Positions 8,521 to 17,300 of a DNA stretch of 19,920 bases are shown here, one piece after another (the first letter of the stretch is position 1; each line of letters starts with the position of its first letter). A program made the translations under genes and the position numbers. The DNA is taken from the UHGV virus genome UHGV-0097752. One strand, 5' to 3'. The DNA is from a virus. Below the pieces are notes generated by a model. It was not told the origin of the DNA, ran no database searches, and saw nothing but the letters and a program-made list of their open reading frames with translations.

Positions 8521-8885
8521 CAATGGATTATTCACAGTTAAGTGATTTTGAAATTAACTTAAAAGTCGCGCATATCGTGCTAGGAAAAAACAATTACGAC
8601 TGGGATCCAGAAAAGAAAGAAGTTTACTTGGCTGGAATTGATGGTGGTGAGTTTTTGCCTTGCGGATATTTCGACCCATGTAATATGGCCGCTGACGCAT
8701 ATCCGATCATCACTGAAAACAAAATTAGCACCATGTGGATGACAGCGGAAAAAGAATGGTGCGCATGGTCAGGAGGTGATTTAGAGGAAGGTTGTTGGGT
8801 TCCTGACTACTGCTTCTGCGGTGAATCGCCTCTCCGCGCCGCCATGATTGTCTTTCTCATGATGCAGGTCGCTAATAATGCTTAG
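8517..8885 (+). CDS. NinX-like protein (family assignment tentative)
   Basis: Likely start at ATG 8517 (ATGA overlap with the ninE stop), [44 protein letters not shown]...; common in nin regions of enterobacterial lambdoid prophages as recalled. Confidence 0.6.
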
Positions 8886-9054
8886 CCCATCCCAATCCCT
8901 TCAATACCAGAAAGAAAGCGTCGAGCGAGCTTTAACGTGCGCTAACTGCGGTCAGAAGCTGCATGTGCTGGAAGTTCACGTGTGTGAGCACTGCTGCGCA
9001 GAACTGATGAGCGATCCGAATAGCTCAATGTACGAGGAAGAAGACGATGAGTGA
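8878..9054 (+). CDS. ninF: NinF
   Basis: 58-aa [61 protein letters not shown], lambda NinF-like as recalled. Confidence 0.75.
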   Translation: MLSPSQSLQYQKESVERALTCANCGQKLHVLEVHVCEHCCAELMSDPNSSMYEEEDDE

Positions 9055-9556
9055 TGTTAAAGAAAAAGATATCCCCGGCTTTGAGGGTATATATAAAGTA
9101 ACTGAAAATGGAGACATCATTTCATGCCGTAAATCAAAAAAATTATCTCATGGCATTAAACTAGGAGGATATGCATTTGTCGGTCTGTATCCAGGTGGCG
9201 GGAAAAGACCATCATATAAAATGGTTCACAGAATTGTTGCAGAAGTATTTATTGATAACCCAGATGGCAAACCGGAAGTTAATCACAAGGATGGAAATAA
9301 ACTTAATAATAAAGTTGAAAATCTTGAGTGGGTAACGCGAACAGAAAATGCGAAACATGGATTTGATTCCGGATTGCTTGTTCATGGGTTTAATCATCAC
9401 TTCTGCAAACTAACGCCAGAACAAGTGAAATCAATATATAAATCAAAAGGCAAATACAGAGATATAGCCAAAGAATTTGGTGTTTGTGCGCAGACAGTGT
9501 GCAACATAAAAAACAAATCAGCGTACCGACGTTTTTTGGAGGGGATTGATGTTTAG
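9047..9556 (+). CDS. HNH homing-endonuclease-like protein (NUMOD4-like N-terminus, HNH_3 core, C-terminal HTH)
   Basis: 169 aa; GFEGIYKVTENGDIIS (NUMOD4-like), HRIVAEVFIDNPDGKPEVNHKDGNKLNNKVENLEWVTRTENAKHG (HNH_3-like), C-terminal KSKGKYRDIAKEFGVCAQTVCNI (HTH-like). Visibly more AT-rich than the flanking nin genes. Confidence 0.8.
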   Translation: MSDVKEKDIPGFEGIYKVTENGDIISCRKSKKLSHGIKLGGYAFVGLYPGGGKRPSYKMVHRIVAEVFIDNPDGKPEVNHKDGNKLNNKVENLEWVTRTENAKHGFDSGLLVHGFNHHFCKLTPEQVKSIYKSKGKYRDIAKEFGVCAQTVCNIKNKSAYRRFLEGIDV

Positions 9557-9824
9557 AAGCAAAAAATGGCTTCAGGCAGTCAGGGATATTGAATTTTGCG
9601 TTCTTTGCGGAAGATACGGAGTTCAGGCCGCTCACAGAAATGAAGGGAAGGGGGTTGGGATTAAAGTAGATGATTGCCTTACTGCTGCGCTATGTGTTGA
9701 TTGTCATTCAAGAATTGATAATGGGAGAGATATGAGCAGGGAAGAGCGAAGGGCTGAAATGGATCGGGCCATTGTGCTTACCCTTAAAAAATTGGTTAAC
9801 AATGGGAGGGTGTTTGTCCAATGA
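9549..9824 (+). CDS. DUF1364-family (YbcO-like) putative zinc-binding nuclease
   Basis: ATG 9549 with GGAGG RBS; KKWLQAVRDIEFCVLCGRYGVQAAHRNEGKG...CLTAALCVDCHSRIDNG; sits immediately upstream of rusA as in DLP12-type nin regions. Confidence 0.7.
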   Translation: MFRSKKWLQAVRDIEFCVLCGRYGVQAAHRNEGKGVGIKVDDCLTAALCVDCHSRIDNGRDMSREERRAEMDRAIVLTLKKLVNNGRVFVQ

Positions 9825-10183
9825 ACGAATATCAGTTTGTGCTTCCATACCCGCCGTCGGTGAATACCTACTGGCGAAGACGGGGAAGCCAATACTACAT
9901 CAGCGATAAAGGCCAGAAATACCGAAAAGACGTTCAGCAAATCATCCGCCAACTTAAGTTAGACATTTTCACCAAATCACGACTCCGCATCAAAGTCATC
10001 GCAGACGTTCCAGACTCCCGCCGCCGCGACCTCGACAACATCCTGAAAGGTTTACTCGACTCCCTTATCCACGCCGGATTTGCGGAAGACGACGAGCAAT
10101 TCGATGACATTCGCGTAATTCGTGGCGTGAAAGTACCAGGCGGAAGGCTTGGAATAAAAATCACCGAACTGGAGAACGCATGA
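9821..10183 (+). CDS. rusA: RusA Holliday-junction resolvase
   Basis: 120 aa; LPYPPSVNTYWRRRG ... DSRRRDLDNILKGLLDSLIHAGF ... GGRLGIKITE, matching the RusA family pattern. Confidence 0.9.
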   Translation: MNEYQFVLPYPPSVNTYWRRRGSQYYISDKGQKYRKDVQQIIRQLKLDIFTKSRLRIKVIADVPDSRRRDLDNILKGLLDSLIHAGFAEDDEQFDDIRVIRGVKVPGGRLGIKITELENA

Positions 10184-10368
10184 ACGCCACAATTCAAACG
10201 ATACCAGAGCTTCTTATCCAGACACGAGGTAATCAGACCGAAGTGGCGAGGATGCTTTCCTGTGCAAGAGGAACAGTGCTCAAGTACAACCGAGACAGCA
10301 AAGGTGAGCGTCACGTAATAGTTAACGGCGTCCTGATGGTCAAACAGGGCAAGAGGGGTAGACCATGA
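10180..10368 (+). CDS. ninH: NinH
   Basis: 62 aa; TIPELLIQTRGNQTEVARMLSCARGTVLKYNRDSKGERHVIVNGVLMV resembles lambda NinH as recalled. Confidence 0.8.
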   Translation: MNATIQTIPELLIQTRGNQTEVARMLSCARGTVLKYNRDSKGERHVIVNGVLMVKQGKRGRP

Positions 10369-10883
10369 GCATAAGAGAACTAAACCTCACCAAAGAACAG
10401 CACGATTGGCTGAATGGCTGGCTTGAACTGTGGGGTGCATGGGTTTACTCAGGTCGCCTGGAAAAGCGCATGAGCAGCGTAATAGCGAAGTTCATGGAGA
10501 GCGTAGAGCCGGGAAGAGTTATGACAAGGCCAATGTGTAATGATGATGATGGAATGTTGATTTCTCAGGTCGTCGATTCCGTCATGTACATTGACAAGAA
10601 AGCCTTTGGCATCCTCCTCAGCTACTACGCTCATGGTTCATCTAAGCGAGCAATTGCATCCTACTATCACGCGACTGCAAAGCCACGCAAGATGTGTGGA
10701 CGTGGTGGCGAGGGATGGAGAAAACCTTCACTGGCAACCTGTAGAAACGAAATTGACGACATCCTGAAAGCGTCGTTATTTGTTTTGTACCAGCCAATGC
10801 AAAATGCTTTCAAAATGCGTAAACGTGTTGAGAAAGTTAAGCATGTTGCTGTTAAAAGCCTTGACATGCAATTAGCCATTTAG
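10365..10883 (+). CDS. Q: Late-gene antiterminator Q (phage 82/21-type Q family)
   Basis: 172 aa; WLELWGAWVYSG and RPMCNDDDGMLISQVVDSV motifs typical of Phage_antitermQ proteins; directly upstream of a strong promoter and the lysis genes. Confidence 0.8.
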   Translation: MSIRELNLTKEQHDWLNGWLELWGAWVYSGRLEKRMSSVIAKFMESVEPGRVMTRPMCNDDDGMLISQVVDSVMYIDKKAFGILLSYYAHGSSKRAIASYYHATAKPRKMCGRGGEGWRKPSLATCRNEIDDILKASLFVLYQPMQNAFKMRKRVEKVKHVAVKSLDMQLAI

Positions 10884-10889
10884 CCATAA
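10861..10889 (+). promoter_or_regulatory. pR'-like late promoter (TTGACA-17 nt-CATAAT) overlapping the Q stop
   Basis: TTGACA at 10861-10866 and CATAAT at 10884-10889, 17-nt spacer; position matches lambdoid pR'/qut. Confidence 0.5.
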
Positions 10890-10900
10890 TTAGCAGGTAA

Positions 10901-10945
10901 GCTGCCGTTAGTGACTCTTAAGTTGCAACGGTGGCTTTTTTATTT
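10901..10945 (+). terminator. Candidate tR'-like intrinsic terminator
   Basis: Possible 9-bp stem (GCTGCCGTT/AACGGTGGC, including two G-U pairs) with a 17-nt loop, followed by TTTTTTATTT. The loop is long, so confidence is low. Confidence 0.35.
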
Positions 10946-11020
10946 GGGTCAGTCGTATAAAGGTCATTACGGAAGGCTGTTAACCTTCTTATCGTGGTTC
11001 GAGTCCACGCTGTCCCGCCA
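10946..11020 (+). tRNA. tRNA-Asn (anticodon GTT), phage-encoded
   Basis: Hand-folded cloverleaf: acceptor GGGTCAG/CTGTCCC (one T-T mismatch), anticodon stem GAAGG/CCTTC with loop CTGTTAA, T-arm CGTGG-TTCGAGT-CCACG, discriminator G, encoded CCA. D-stem has only 3 bp. Confidence 0.6.
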
Positions 11021-11025
11021 AATAT

Positions 11026-11101
11026 GCTGGTTTAGCTCCAATGGTAGAGCGGTCGCCTTGTAAGCGAATGGGTAGCGGTTCAAGTCCGTTAACCAGCACC
11101 A
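11026..11101 (+). tRNA. tRNA-Thr (anticodon TGT), phage-encoded
   Basis: Hand-folded cloverleaf: perfect 7-bp acceptor GCTGGTT/AACCAGC, D-arm GCTC-CAATGGTA-GAGC, anticodon loop CTTGTAA (stem has one G-A mismatch), T-arm AGCGG-TTCAAGT-CCGTT, discriminator A, encoded CCA. Confidence 0.65.
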
Positions 11102-11342
11102 TAACTGAGCCGTAGCCACTGGCTATCCTGAATTCATCAGTGATAGTTACGCTGCGGCCTTCTACACATGACCTTCGTGAAAGCGGTGGCAAGAGGTTGC
11201 GCTAACAACCTCATGCCGTTTTGCCCGTGCATATCGGTCACGAACAAATCTGATTACTAAACACAGTAGCCTGGATTTGTTCTATCAGTAATCGACCTTA
11301 TTTCTAATTAAATAGAGCAAATCCCCTTATTGGGGGTAAGAC

Positions 11343-11666
11343 ATGAAGATGCCTGAAAAACATGACCTGTTAGCCGCCATTCTCGCGGCAAAGGAACAAG
11401 GCATCGGGGCAATCCTTGCGTTTGCAATGGCGTACCTTCGCGGCAGATATAATGGCGGTGCGTTTACAAAAACAGTAATCGACGCAACGATGTGCGCCAT
11501 TATCGCCTGGTTCATTCGTGACCTTCTCGACTTCGCCGGACTAAGTAGCAATCTCGCTTATATAACGAGCGTGTTCATCGGCTACATCGGTACTGACTCG
11601 ATTGGTTCGCTTATCAAACGCTTCGCTGCTAAAAAAGCCGGAGTAGAAGATGGTGGAAATCAATAA
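11343..11666 (+). CDS. S: Holin S (class I, dual-start MKM motif)
   Basis: 107 aa, matches lambda S as recalled ([64 protein letters not shown]...). Confidence 0.95.
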   Translation: MKMPEKHDLLAAILAAKEQGIGAILAFAMAYLRGRYNGGAFTKTVIDATMCAIIAWFIRDLLDFAGLSSNLAYITSVFIGYIGTDSIGSLIKRFAAKKAGVEDGGNQ

Positions 11667-12126
11667 TCAACGTAAGGCGTTCCTCGATATGCTGGCGTGG
11701 TCAGAGGGAACTGATAACGGACGGCAGAAAACCAGAAATCATGGTTATGACGTCATTGTAGGCGGAGAGCTATTTACTGATTACTCCGATCACCCTCGCA
11801 AACTTGTCACGCTAAACCCAAAACTCAAATCAACAGCCGCCGGACGTTACCAGCTTCTTTCCCGTTGGTGGGATGCCTATCGCAAGCAGCTTGGCCTGAA
11901 AGACTTCTCTCCGAAAAGCCAGGACGCTGTGGCATTGCAGCAGATTAAAGAGCGTGGCGCTTTACCGATGATTGATCGCGGCGATATTCGTCAGGCTATC
12001 GATCGTTGCAGCAATATCTGGGCGTCGTTACCTGGTGCAGGTTACGGTCAGTATGAACATAAAATCGGTGACCTGATTTCCCGGTTTAAAGAGGCTGGTG
12101 GGGTGGTAAATGAAGTTGAGCTATAA
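11650..12126 (+). CDS. R: Endolysin R (lytic transglycosylase)
   Basis: 158 aa, lambda R-like ([39 protein letters not shown]...); overlaps the S stop. Confidence 0.95.
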   Translation: MVEINNQRKAFLDMLAWSEGTDNGRQKTRNHGYDVIVGGELFTDYSDHPRKLVTLNPKLKSTAAGRYQLLSRWWDAYRKQLGLKDFSPKSQDAVALQQIKERGALPMIDRGDIRQAIDRCSNIWASLPGAGYGQYEHKIGDLISRFKEAGGVVNEVEL

Positions 12127-12502
12127 GCTGGCTATCTCTGCATTCTTCTTTACTGTCATCGGTTCTTTCATCTGGTCTGCTAACCACTACTACAGCAAAT
12201 ATCAGCACGAAAAGAAACGTGCTGATGAGGCTGTACGAAATGCTGAATCAGCAACAGCCATTACCAATAACGTCCTGCAATCACTGCAAATCGTCAATAC
12301 AGTACTGGAGGCTAACCAGCATGCAAAACAGCAGATCGCACTGGAGTCACAAAGAACCCAGGAAGATATCAAAATGGCCGTTGCGGATGATGATTGTGCT
12401 TCACGTCTTGTGCCTGCTGCCGCTGCTGAGCGGTTGCGGAAGTATGCGGACAGTTTACGTGAACACTCCGACGGTACCACTGCCAGCCAGCCTGACGGCT
12501 GA
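12110..12502 (+). CDS. Rz-like i-spanin (inner-membrane spanin subunit)
   Basis: 130 aa; N-terminal TM segment (LAISAFFFTVIGSFIWSANHYY) then a charged, helix-prone periplasmic region; follows R. Not the lambda Rz sequence. Confidence 0.7.
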   Translation: MKLSYKLAISAFFFTVIGSFIWSANHYYSKYQHEKKRADEAVRNAESATAITNNVLQSLQIVNTVLEANQHAKQQIALESQRTQEDIKMAVADDDCASRLVPAAAAERLRKYADSLREHSDGTTASQPDG

Positions 12503-12656
12503 AACCCCTCAGCCTGATTTACCTGATCATTTTACGTGGGGCTCGAGCTTAGATCTGAATGCCGCCTTGTTGTCTGCATTGGCGCAGTGTAATACCGATA
12601 AAGCTGACATCAGAAGGATTGAAGTTGAGCGTGGTCACATCATGCAAAAAAAATGA
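12387..12656 (+). CDS. Rz1-like o-spanin (outer-membrane lipoprotein subunit), overlapping Rz in another frame
   Basis: Different-frame ORF starting inside Rz: MMIVLHVLCLLPLLSGCGS (lipobox LLSGC) followed by a proline-rich segment. Extends 154 nt past the Rz stop. Start codon choice is uncertain. Confidence 0.55.
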   Translation: MMIVLHVLCLLPLLSGCGSMRTVYVNTPTVPLPASLTAETPQPDLPDHFTWGSSLDLNAALLSALAQCNTDKADIRRIEVERGHIMQKK

Positions 12657-12748
12657 TGTTCACTTTATTTTGTTCCTTGATTTGATATGTGATGACCCAA
12701 TAGATACAAAGCACCTGATTTGGGTGATTTTTTTGAAGGACTATACAC

Positions 12749-13069
12749 ATGAAAGACGGCATTTATTTTGTTGTGTTCAGAAGCGGTCATAATGATGTTG
12801 GCAATGGCACGGTCGTTGTGAAGGATAATGCGGTTAATGGTGGTGATTTTGGGTTTACCTATCAGGGGCGTGTACAAGATGGGGTATTGAAACTTCATGT
12901 ATCCCGCCATAACCCTTCAGCACAAAACGTTATTGCAGGCCTTAACGATTATGTGATGGATCTCTCTGTGAGAGATATTGGGGATGGTTATTACCTTGAA
13001 GGTGGAATTGCTGGTGTTCCTGGTGCGACTCTGTCTGTACAGGCGAAATTTATCGGCAATTTGATTTAA
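12749..13069 (+). CDS. GrlR-family protein (moron)
   Basis: 106 aa; MKDGIYFVVFRSGHNDVGNGTVVVKDNAVNGGDFGFTYQGRV...LKLHVSRHN...AKFIGNLI resembles the GrlR regulator of LEE-encoded type III secretion as recalled. AT-rich upstream region and a downstream terminator. Confidence 0.65.
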   Translation: MKDGIYFVVFRSGHNDVGNGTVVVKDNAVNGGDFGFTYQGRVQDGVLKLHVSRHNPSAQNVIAGLNDYVMDLSVRDIGDGYYLEGGIAGVPGATLSVQAKFIGNLI

Positions 13070-13084
13070 ATCGATTCTCTCCTA

Positions 13085-13116
13085 AACCGCCCACTTTCCA
13101 CGGGCGGTTTTTTGTT
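13085..13116 (+). terminator. Intrinsic terminator after the GrlR-like gene
   Basis: AACCGCCC-ACTTTCCAC-GGGCGGTT followed by TTTTTTGTT. Confidence 0.6.
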
Positions 13117-13164
13117 GCCATTACGATGGGTAGACCAGTAGTAATGATTGAAGGAGAAATTTAA

Positions 13165-13515
13165 ATGCCCCCACGAACCCCAAAAGCCTGCCGTGTTCGC
13201 GGCTGCCGCCATACCACCACTGACCCGTCAGGCTATTGCGAAAGCCACAAAAGCGAAGGCTGGAAGCAATACAAACCTGGACAATCCCGTCATCAGCGCG
13301 GCTACGGTTCGAAGTGGGACAGTATCCGCGCGCGTGTCCTGAAGCGTGACAAAGGCCTGTGTCAGTTATGTCTGCGTGCTGGTGTGGTGCGTGAGGCGAA
13401 AACCGTTGACCACATCATCCCTAAAGCGCATGGCGGCACTGATGCCGACAGTAATCTGCAGAGTCTGTGCTGGCCGTGCCATAAGGCGAAGACGGCCCGT
13501 GAACGGTTAAAGTGA
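13165..13515 (+). CDS. HNH endonuclease (terminase-associated type)
   Basis: 116 aa; Cys/His-rich with DHIIPKAHGGTDADSNLQSLCWPCHKAK; sits immediately upstream of the terminase small subunit, as in HK97-type cos packaging modules. Confidence 0.85.
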   Translation: MPPRTPKACRVRGCRHTTTDPSGYCESHKSEGWKQYKPGQSRHQRGYGSKWDSIRARVLKRDKGLCQLCLRAGVVREAKTVDHIIPKAHGGTDADSNLQSLCWPCHKAKTARERLK

Positions 13516-13630
13516 TAATAATTCTCAACTGTCTGAGGGGAGGGGCGGGTCACATCCCTGTGACCTGACGTCTTCCGGACTGCCCGCCCCATCGTTTTTT
13601 TATACCCGCGAAAAATGAAATTTAACCAGG
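13516..13630. other. Putative cos/packaging-site region (structured GC-rich inverted repeats plus T-tract)
   Basis: GGGGCGGG (13542-13549) ... CCCGCCCC (13583-13590) flanking an inner GTCACA-TCCC-TGTGAC hairpin, followed by TTTTTTT. Lies between the HNH and TerS genes, where HK97-like phages place cos. Could instead be a terminator. Confidence 0.35.
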
Positions 13631-13640
13631 AGTGCCGCAT

Positions 13641-14135
13641 ATGGCTGGAACGGCGGGGCGTTCCGGGCGTCGCCCCAAGCCAACGGCGCGCAAGGCGCTG
13701 GCCGGAAACCCCGGCAAGCGAGCCCTGAACAAAGATGAACCTGTTTTTACGCCCATCAAAGGTGTTGAGCCACCGGAGTGGTTCGCTGAAGAAGATCTCC
13801 CTCTCGCCACGATCATGTGGCAACTGACAACCAAAGAACTCTGCGGTCAGGGCCTGCTGTGCGTGACTGACCTCGCGGTGCTTGAGCGGTGGTGCGTGGC
13901 CTATGAGTTCTGGCGACGTGCCGTGAAAAATATTGCCATACAGGGCAACACCATCACCGGTGCAATGGGCGGCAGGGTCAAAAATCCGGAGCTGACCGCC
14001 AAAAAAGAACAGGAGTCCGAGATGAGCAGCACGGGGGCAATGCTCGGACTCGACCCCAGCAGCCGCCAGCGTCTGATTGGCCTGGCGGGGCAGAAGAAAG
14101 CCACTAACCCGTTTCTGAAAATCATCGAATCATGA
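13641..14135 (+). CDS. Terminase small subunit (P27 family)
   Basis: [14 protein letters not shown]... N-terminus typical of P27-family TerS; ATG 13641 preferred (AGGAG 8 nt upstream) over the GTG at 13632 in the track; ATGA overlap with the TerL start. Confidence 0.85.
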   Translation: MAGTAGRSGRRPKPTARKALAGNPGKRALNKDEPVFTPIKGVEPPEWFAEEDLPLATIMWQLTTKELCGQGLLCVTDLAVLERWCVAYEFWRRAVKNIAIQGNTITGAMGGRVKNPELTAKKEQESEMSSTGAMLGLDPSSRQRLIGLAGQKKATNPFLKIIES

Positions 14136-15865
14136 GCCGGAAATCTTACCCCAACGTAAATGCTGCCAATCAGTATGCCCGTGATGTCGTGCGCGGAAAG
14201 ATTGTGGCCTGCCAGTTTGTGATTCAGGCCTGCCAGCGCCATCTTGATGACCTGATGGCGGAAAAAAGTAAGTCGTTTCGTTACCGCTTCGACAAGGACC
14301 TGGCTGAACGGGCCGCGAAATTTATTCAGCTGTTGCCGCACACCAAGGGGGAGTGGGCATTCAAACGGATGCCCATCACGCTGGAGCCGTGGCAGCTATT
14401 TGTGATCTGCTGTGCGTTTGGCTGGGTCAATAAAGGCACCCGGTTGCGCCGCTTCCGGGAGGTGTACACCGAAATCCCCCGTAAGAACGGCAAATCAGCA
14501 ATCTCTGCCGGTGTTGCCCTGTATTGTTTTGCCTGTGATAACGAGTTTGGCGCGGAAGTGTATTCCGGTGCCACGACAGAGAAACAGGCGTGGGAAGTCT
14601 TTCGCCCGGCGCGACTGATGTGTAAACGCACACCCATGCTGACGGAAGCGTTCGGGATTGAGGTTAACGCCTCAAACATGAACCGTCCGGAGGATGGTGC
14701 GCGTTTTGAACCGCTGATCGGTAACCCCGGTGATGGTTCATCACCCCACTGTGCGGTGGTGGATGAATATCACGAGCACGCCACCGATGCGCTTTACACC
14801 ACGATGCTTACCGGGATGGGGGCGCGACGTCAGCCACTGATGTGGGCTATCACTACCGCCGGGTACAACATTGAGGGGCCGTGCTACGACAAGCGGCGGG
14901 AAGTTATCGAGATGCTCAACGGTTCGGTACCCAACGATGAACTGTTCGGGATCATCTATACCGTTGATGAAGGTGACGACTGGACCGACCCGCAGGTGCT
15001 AGAAAAAGCTAACCCGAATATTGGCGTGTCGGTTTATCGCGAATTTTTGTTAAGTCAGCAGCAGCGTGCGAAAAATAACGCCCGTCTGGCAAACGTCTTT
15101 AAAACAAAACACCTCAATATCTGGGTGTCGGCGCGTTCGGCGTATTTCAACCTGGTGAGCTGGCAGAGCTGCGAGGATAAATCACTGACCCTTGAGCAGT
15201 TCGAGGGGCAGCCGTGCATTCTGGCCTTTGACCTGGCGCGTAAGCTGGATATGAACAGCATGGCGCGACTTTATACCCGCGAGATTGACGGTAAAACGCA
15301 TTACTACAGTGTGGCCCCGCGTTTCTGGGTACCGTATGACACGGTGTACAGCGTCGAGAAAAATGAAGATCGACGGACAGCCGAACGCTTTCAGAAATGG
15401 GTGGAAATGGGCGTTCTGACCGTTACCGATGGTGCGGAGGTGGATTATCGCTACATCCTCGAGGAGGCCAAAGCGGCGAACAAAATCAGCCCGGTCAGTG
15501 AGTCACCCATCGACCCCTTCGGGGCGACCGGGTTGTCACATGACCTTGCTGATGAAGACCTGAACCCCATCACTATCATTCAGAACTACACCAACATGTC
15601 CGACCCGATGAAAGAGCTGGAAGCGGCAATTGAATCGGGGCGCTTTCATCATGATGGCAATCCCATCATGACCTGGTGTATCGGCAACGTGGTCGGCAAA
15701 ACCATTCCGGGTAACGATGATGTGGTGAAGCCCGTCAAAGAGCAGGCGGAAAACAAAATCGATGGTGCAGTTGCGCTGATTATGGCGGTTGGCAGAGCCA
15801 TGCTGTACGAGAAAGAAGACACGCTGTCTGACCACATTGAGTCCTATGGGATCCGCTCGCTTTAA
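14132..15865 (+). CDS. Terminase large subunit
   Basis: 577 aa; Walker A-like [11 protein letters not shown] in the ATPase domain and a C-terminal nuclease-like region with conserved acidic residues; position and size as expected. Confidence 0.9.
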
Positions 15866-15876
15866 CTGAGGTAATT

Positions 15877-16059
15877 ATGATCATGCTGATTCTCGCGCCT
15901 CTGGTGGGCGTGCTGGGGGCGCTTTTGCTGGCGTATGGTGCCTGGCTGATTTATCCCCCGGCGGGGTTTGTTGTTGCCGGGGCGTTGTGCCTGTTCTGGT
16001 CGTGGCTGGTGGCGCGATATCTCGACCGTACACAGTCGTCAGTCGGCGGAGGTAAATAG
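15877..16059 (+). CDS. Small hydrophobic membrane protein
   Basis: 60 aa, two hydrophobic stretches ([39 protein letters not shown]); between TerL and portal. Confidence 0.5.
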
Positions 16060-17300
16060 TGTTCTTTTCGGGATTATTTCAACGAAAAAGTGACGCACCG
16101 GTGACCACGCCAGCAGAGCTGGCGGATGCCATCGGGTTGTCCTACGACACCTATACCGGAAAGCAGATCAGCAGTCAGCGGGCCATGCGACTGACGGCGG
16201 TTTTTTCCTGCGTCAGGGTGCTGGCAGAGTCGGTCGGGATGTTGCCCTGCAATCTGTATCACCTGAACGGCAGCCTGAAGCAGAGAGCCACCGGCGAACG
16301 TCTGCATAAACTGATCTCCACGCATCCCAATGGCTATATGACGCCGCAGGAGTTCTGGGAGCTGGTGGTCACCTGTCTGTGCCTGCGGGGAAACTTTTAC
16401 GCCTACAAAGTGAAAGCATTTGGCGAAGTGGCTGAACTGCTGCCCGTCGATCCCGGCTGTGTGGTACCGAAGCTTAACAGTAGCTGGGAGCCGGTCTATC
16501 AGGTCACATTCCCGGATGGCTCCACGGATGTACTGAGCCAGGAGGATATCTGGCATGTGCGCACGCTGACGCTGGACGGACTGGTGGGGCTGAATCCCAT
16601 CGCCTATGCCCGCGAGGCAATATCGCTGGCGGCAGCGACCGAAGAGCACGGGGCCAGACTGTTCAGCAATGGCGCGGTGACGTCGGGTGTGTTGCGTACA
16701 GAGCAGACGCTGTCAGATCAGGCTTATGAGCGCCTGAAGAAAGATTTTGAGGAGCGTCACACCGGGCTTGGCAATGCTCACCGCCCGATGATCCTTGAGA
16801 TGGGGCTGGACTGGAAGTCGATGGCGCTGAACGCCGAGGACAGCCAGTTCCTGGAAACCCGCAAGTTTCAGCTTGAAGAAATCTGTCGTCTGTTCCGGGT
16901 GCCGTTGCACATGGTGCAGAACACCGATCGCGCCACCTTCAACAATATCGAAGAGCTGGGGCTGGGATTTATCAACTATTCACTGGTGCCGTATCTGACC
17001 CGCATCGAACAGCGGATCAACACCGGACTGGTACGAAAAAGTAAGCAGGGCGTTTATTACGCCAAATTTAACGCCGGGGCGTTACTGCGCGGGGATATGA
17101 AGTCCCGTTTTGAAGCCTACGCCACCGGGATCAACTGGGGAATTTACTCTCCCAATGACTGCCGCGACCTGGAAGATATGAATCCGCGTCCCGGTGGTGA
17201 TGTCTATCTCACACCGATGAACATGACCACGAAACCCTCCGATGGCAGTAAAGCCGGTAAGCAGAAGGATAACGCCAATGCAGACGAAACAACGTCTTGA
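16059..17300 (+). CDS. Portal protein (HK97 family)
   Basis: 413 aa after TerL; GTG start overlapping the upstream stop; size, position and composition fit HK97-family portals. Confidence 0.85.
   Translation: MFFSGLFQRKSDAPVTTPAELADAIGLSYDTYTGKQISSQRAMRLTAVFSCVRVLAESVGMLPCNLYHLNGSLKQRATGERLHKLISTHPNGYMTPQEFWELVVTCLCLRGNFYAYKVKAFGEVAELLPVDPGCVVPKLNSSWEPVYQVTFPDGSTDVLSQEDIWHVRTLTLDGLVGLNPIAYAREAISLAAATEEHGARLFSNGAVTSGVLRTEQTLSDQAYERLKKDFEERHTGLGNAHRPMILEMGLDWKSMALNAEDSQFLETRKFQLEEICRLFRVPLHMVQNTDRATFNNIEELGLGFINYSLVPYLTRIEQRINTGLVRKSKQGVYYAKFNAGALLRGDMKSRFEAYATGINWGIYSPNDCRDLEDMNPRPGGDVYLTPMNMTTKPSDGSKAGKQKDNANADETTS

Noticed and set aside
10989-11192. 67-aa minus-strand ORF across the tRNA region
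   Set aside because: Overlaps two tRNA cloverleaves on the opposite strand; no coding signal.
16074-16649. 191-aa minus-strand ORF inside the portal gene
   Set aside because: Shadow ORF in a GC-rich coding region; the opposite strand encodes the portal.
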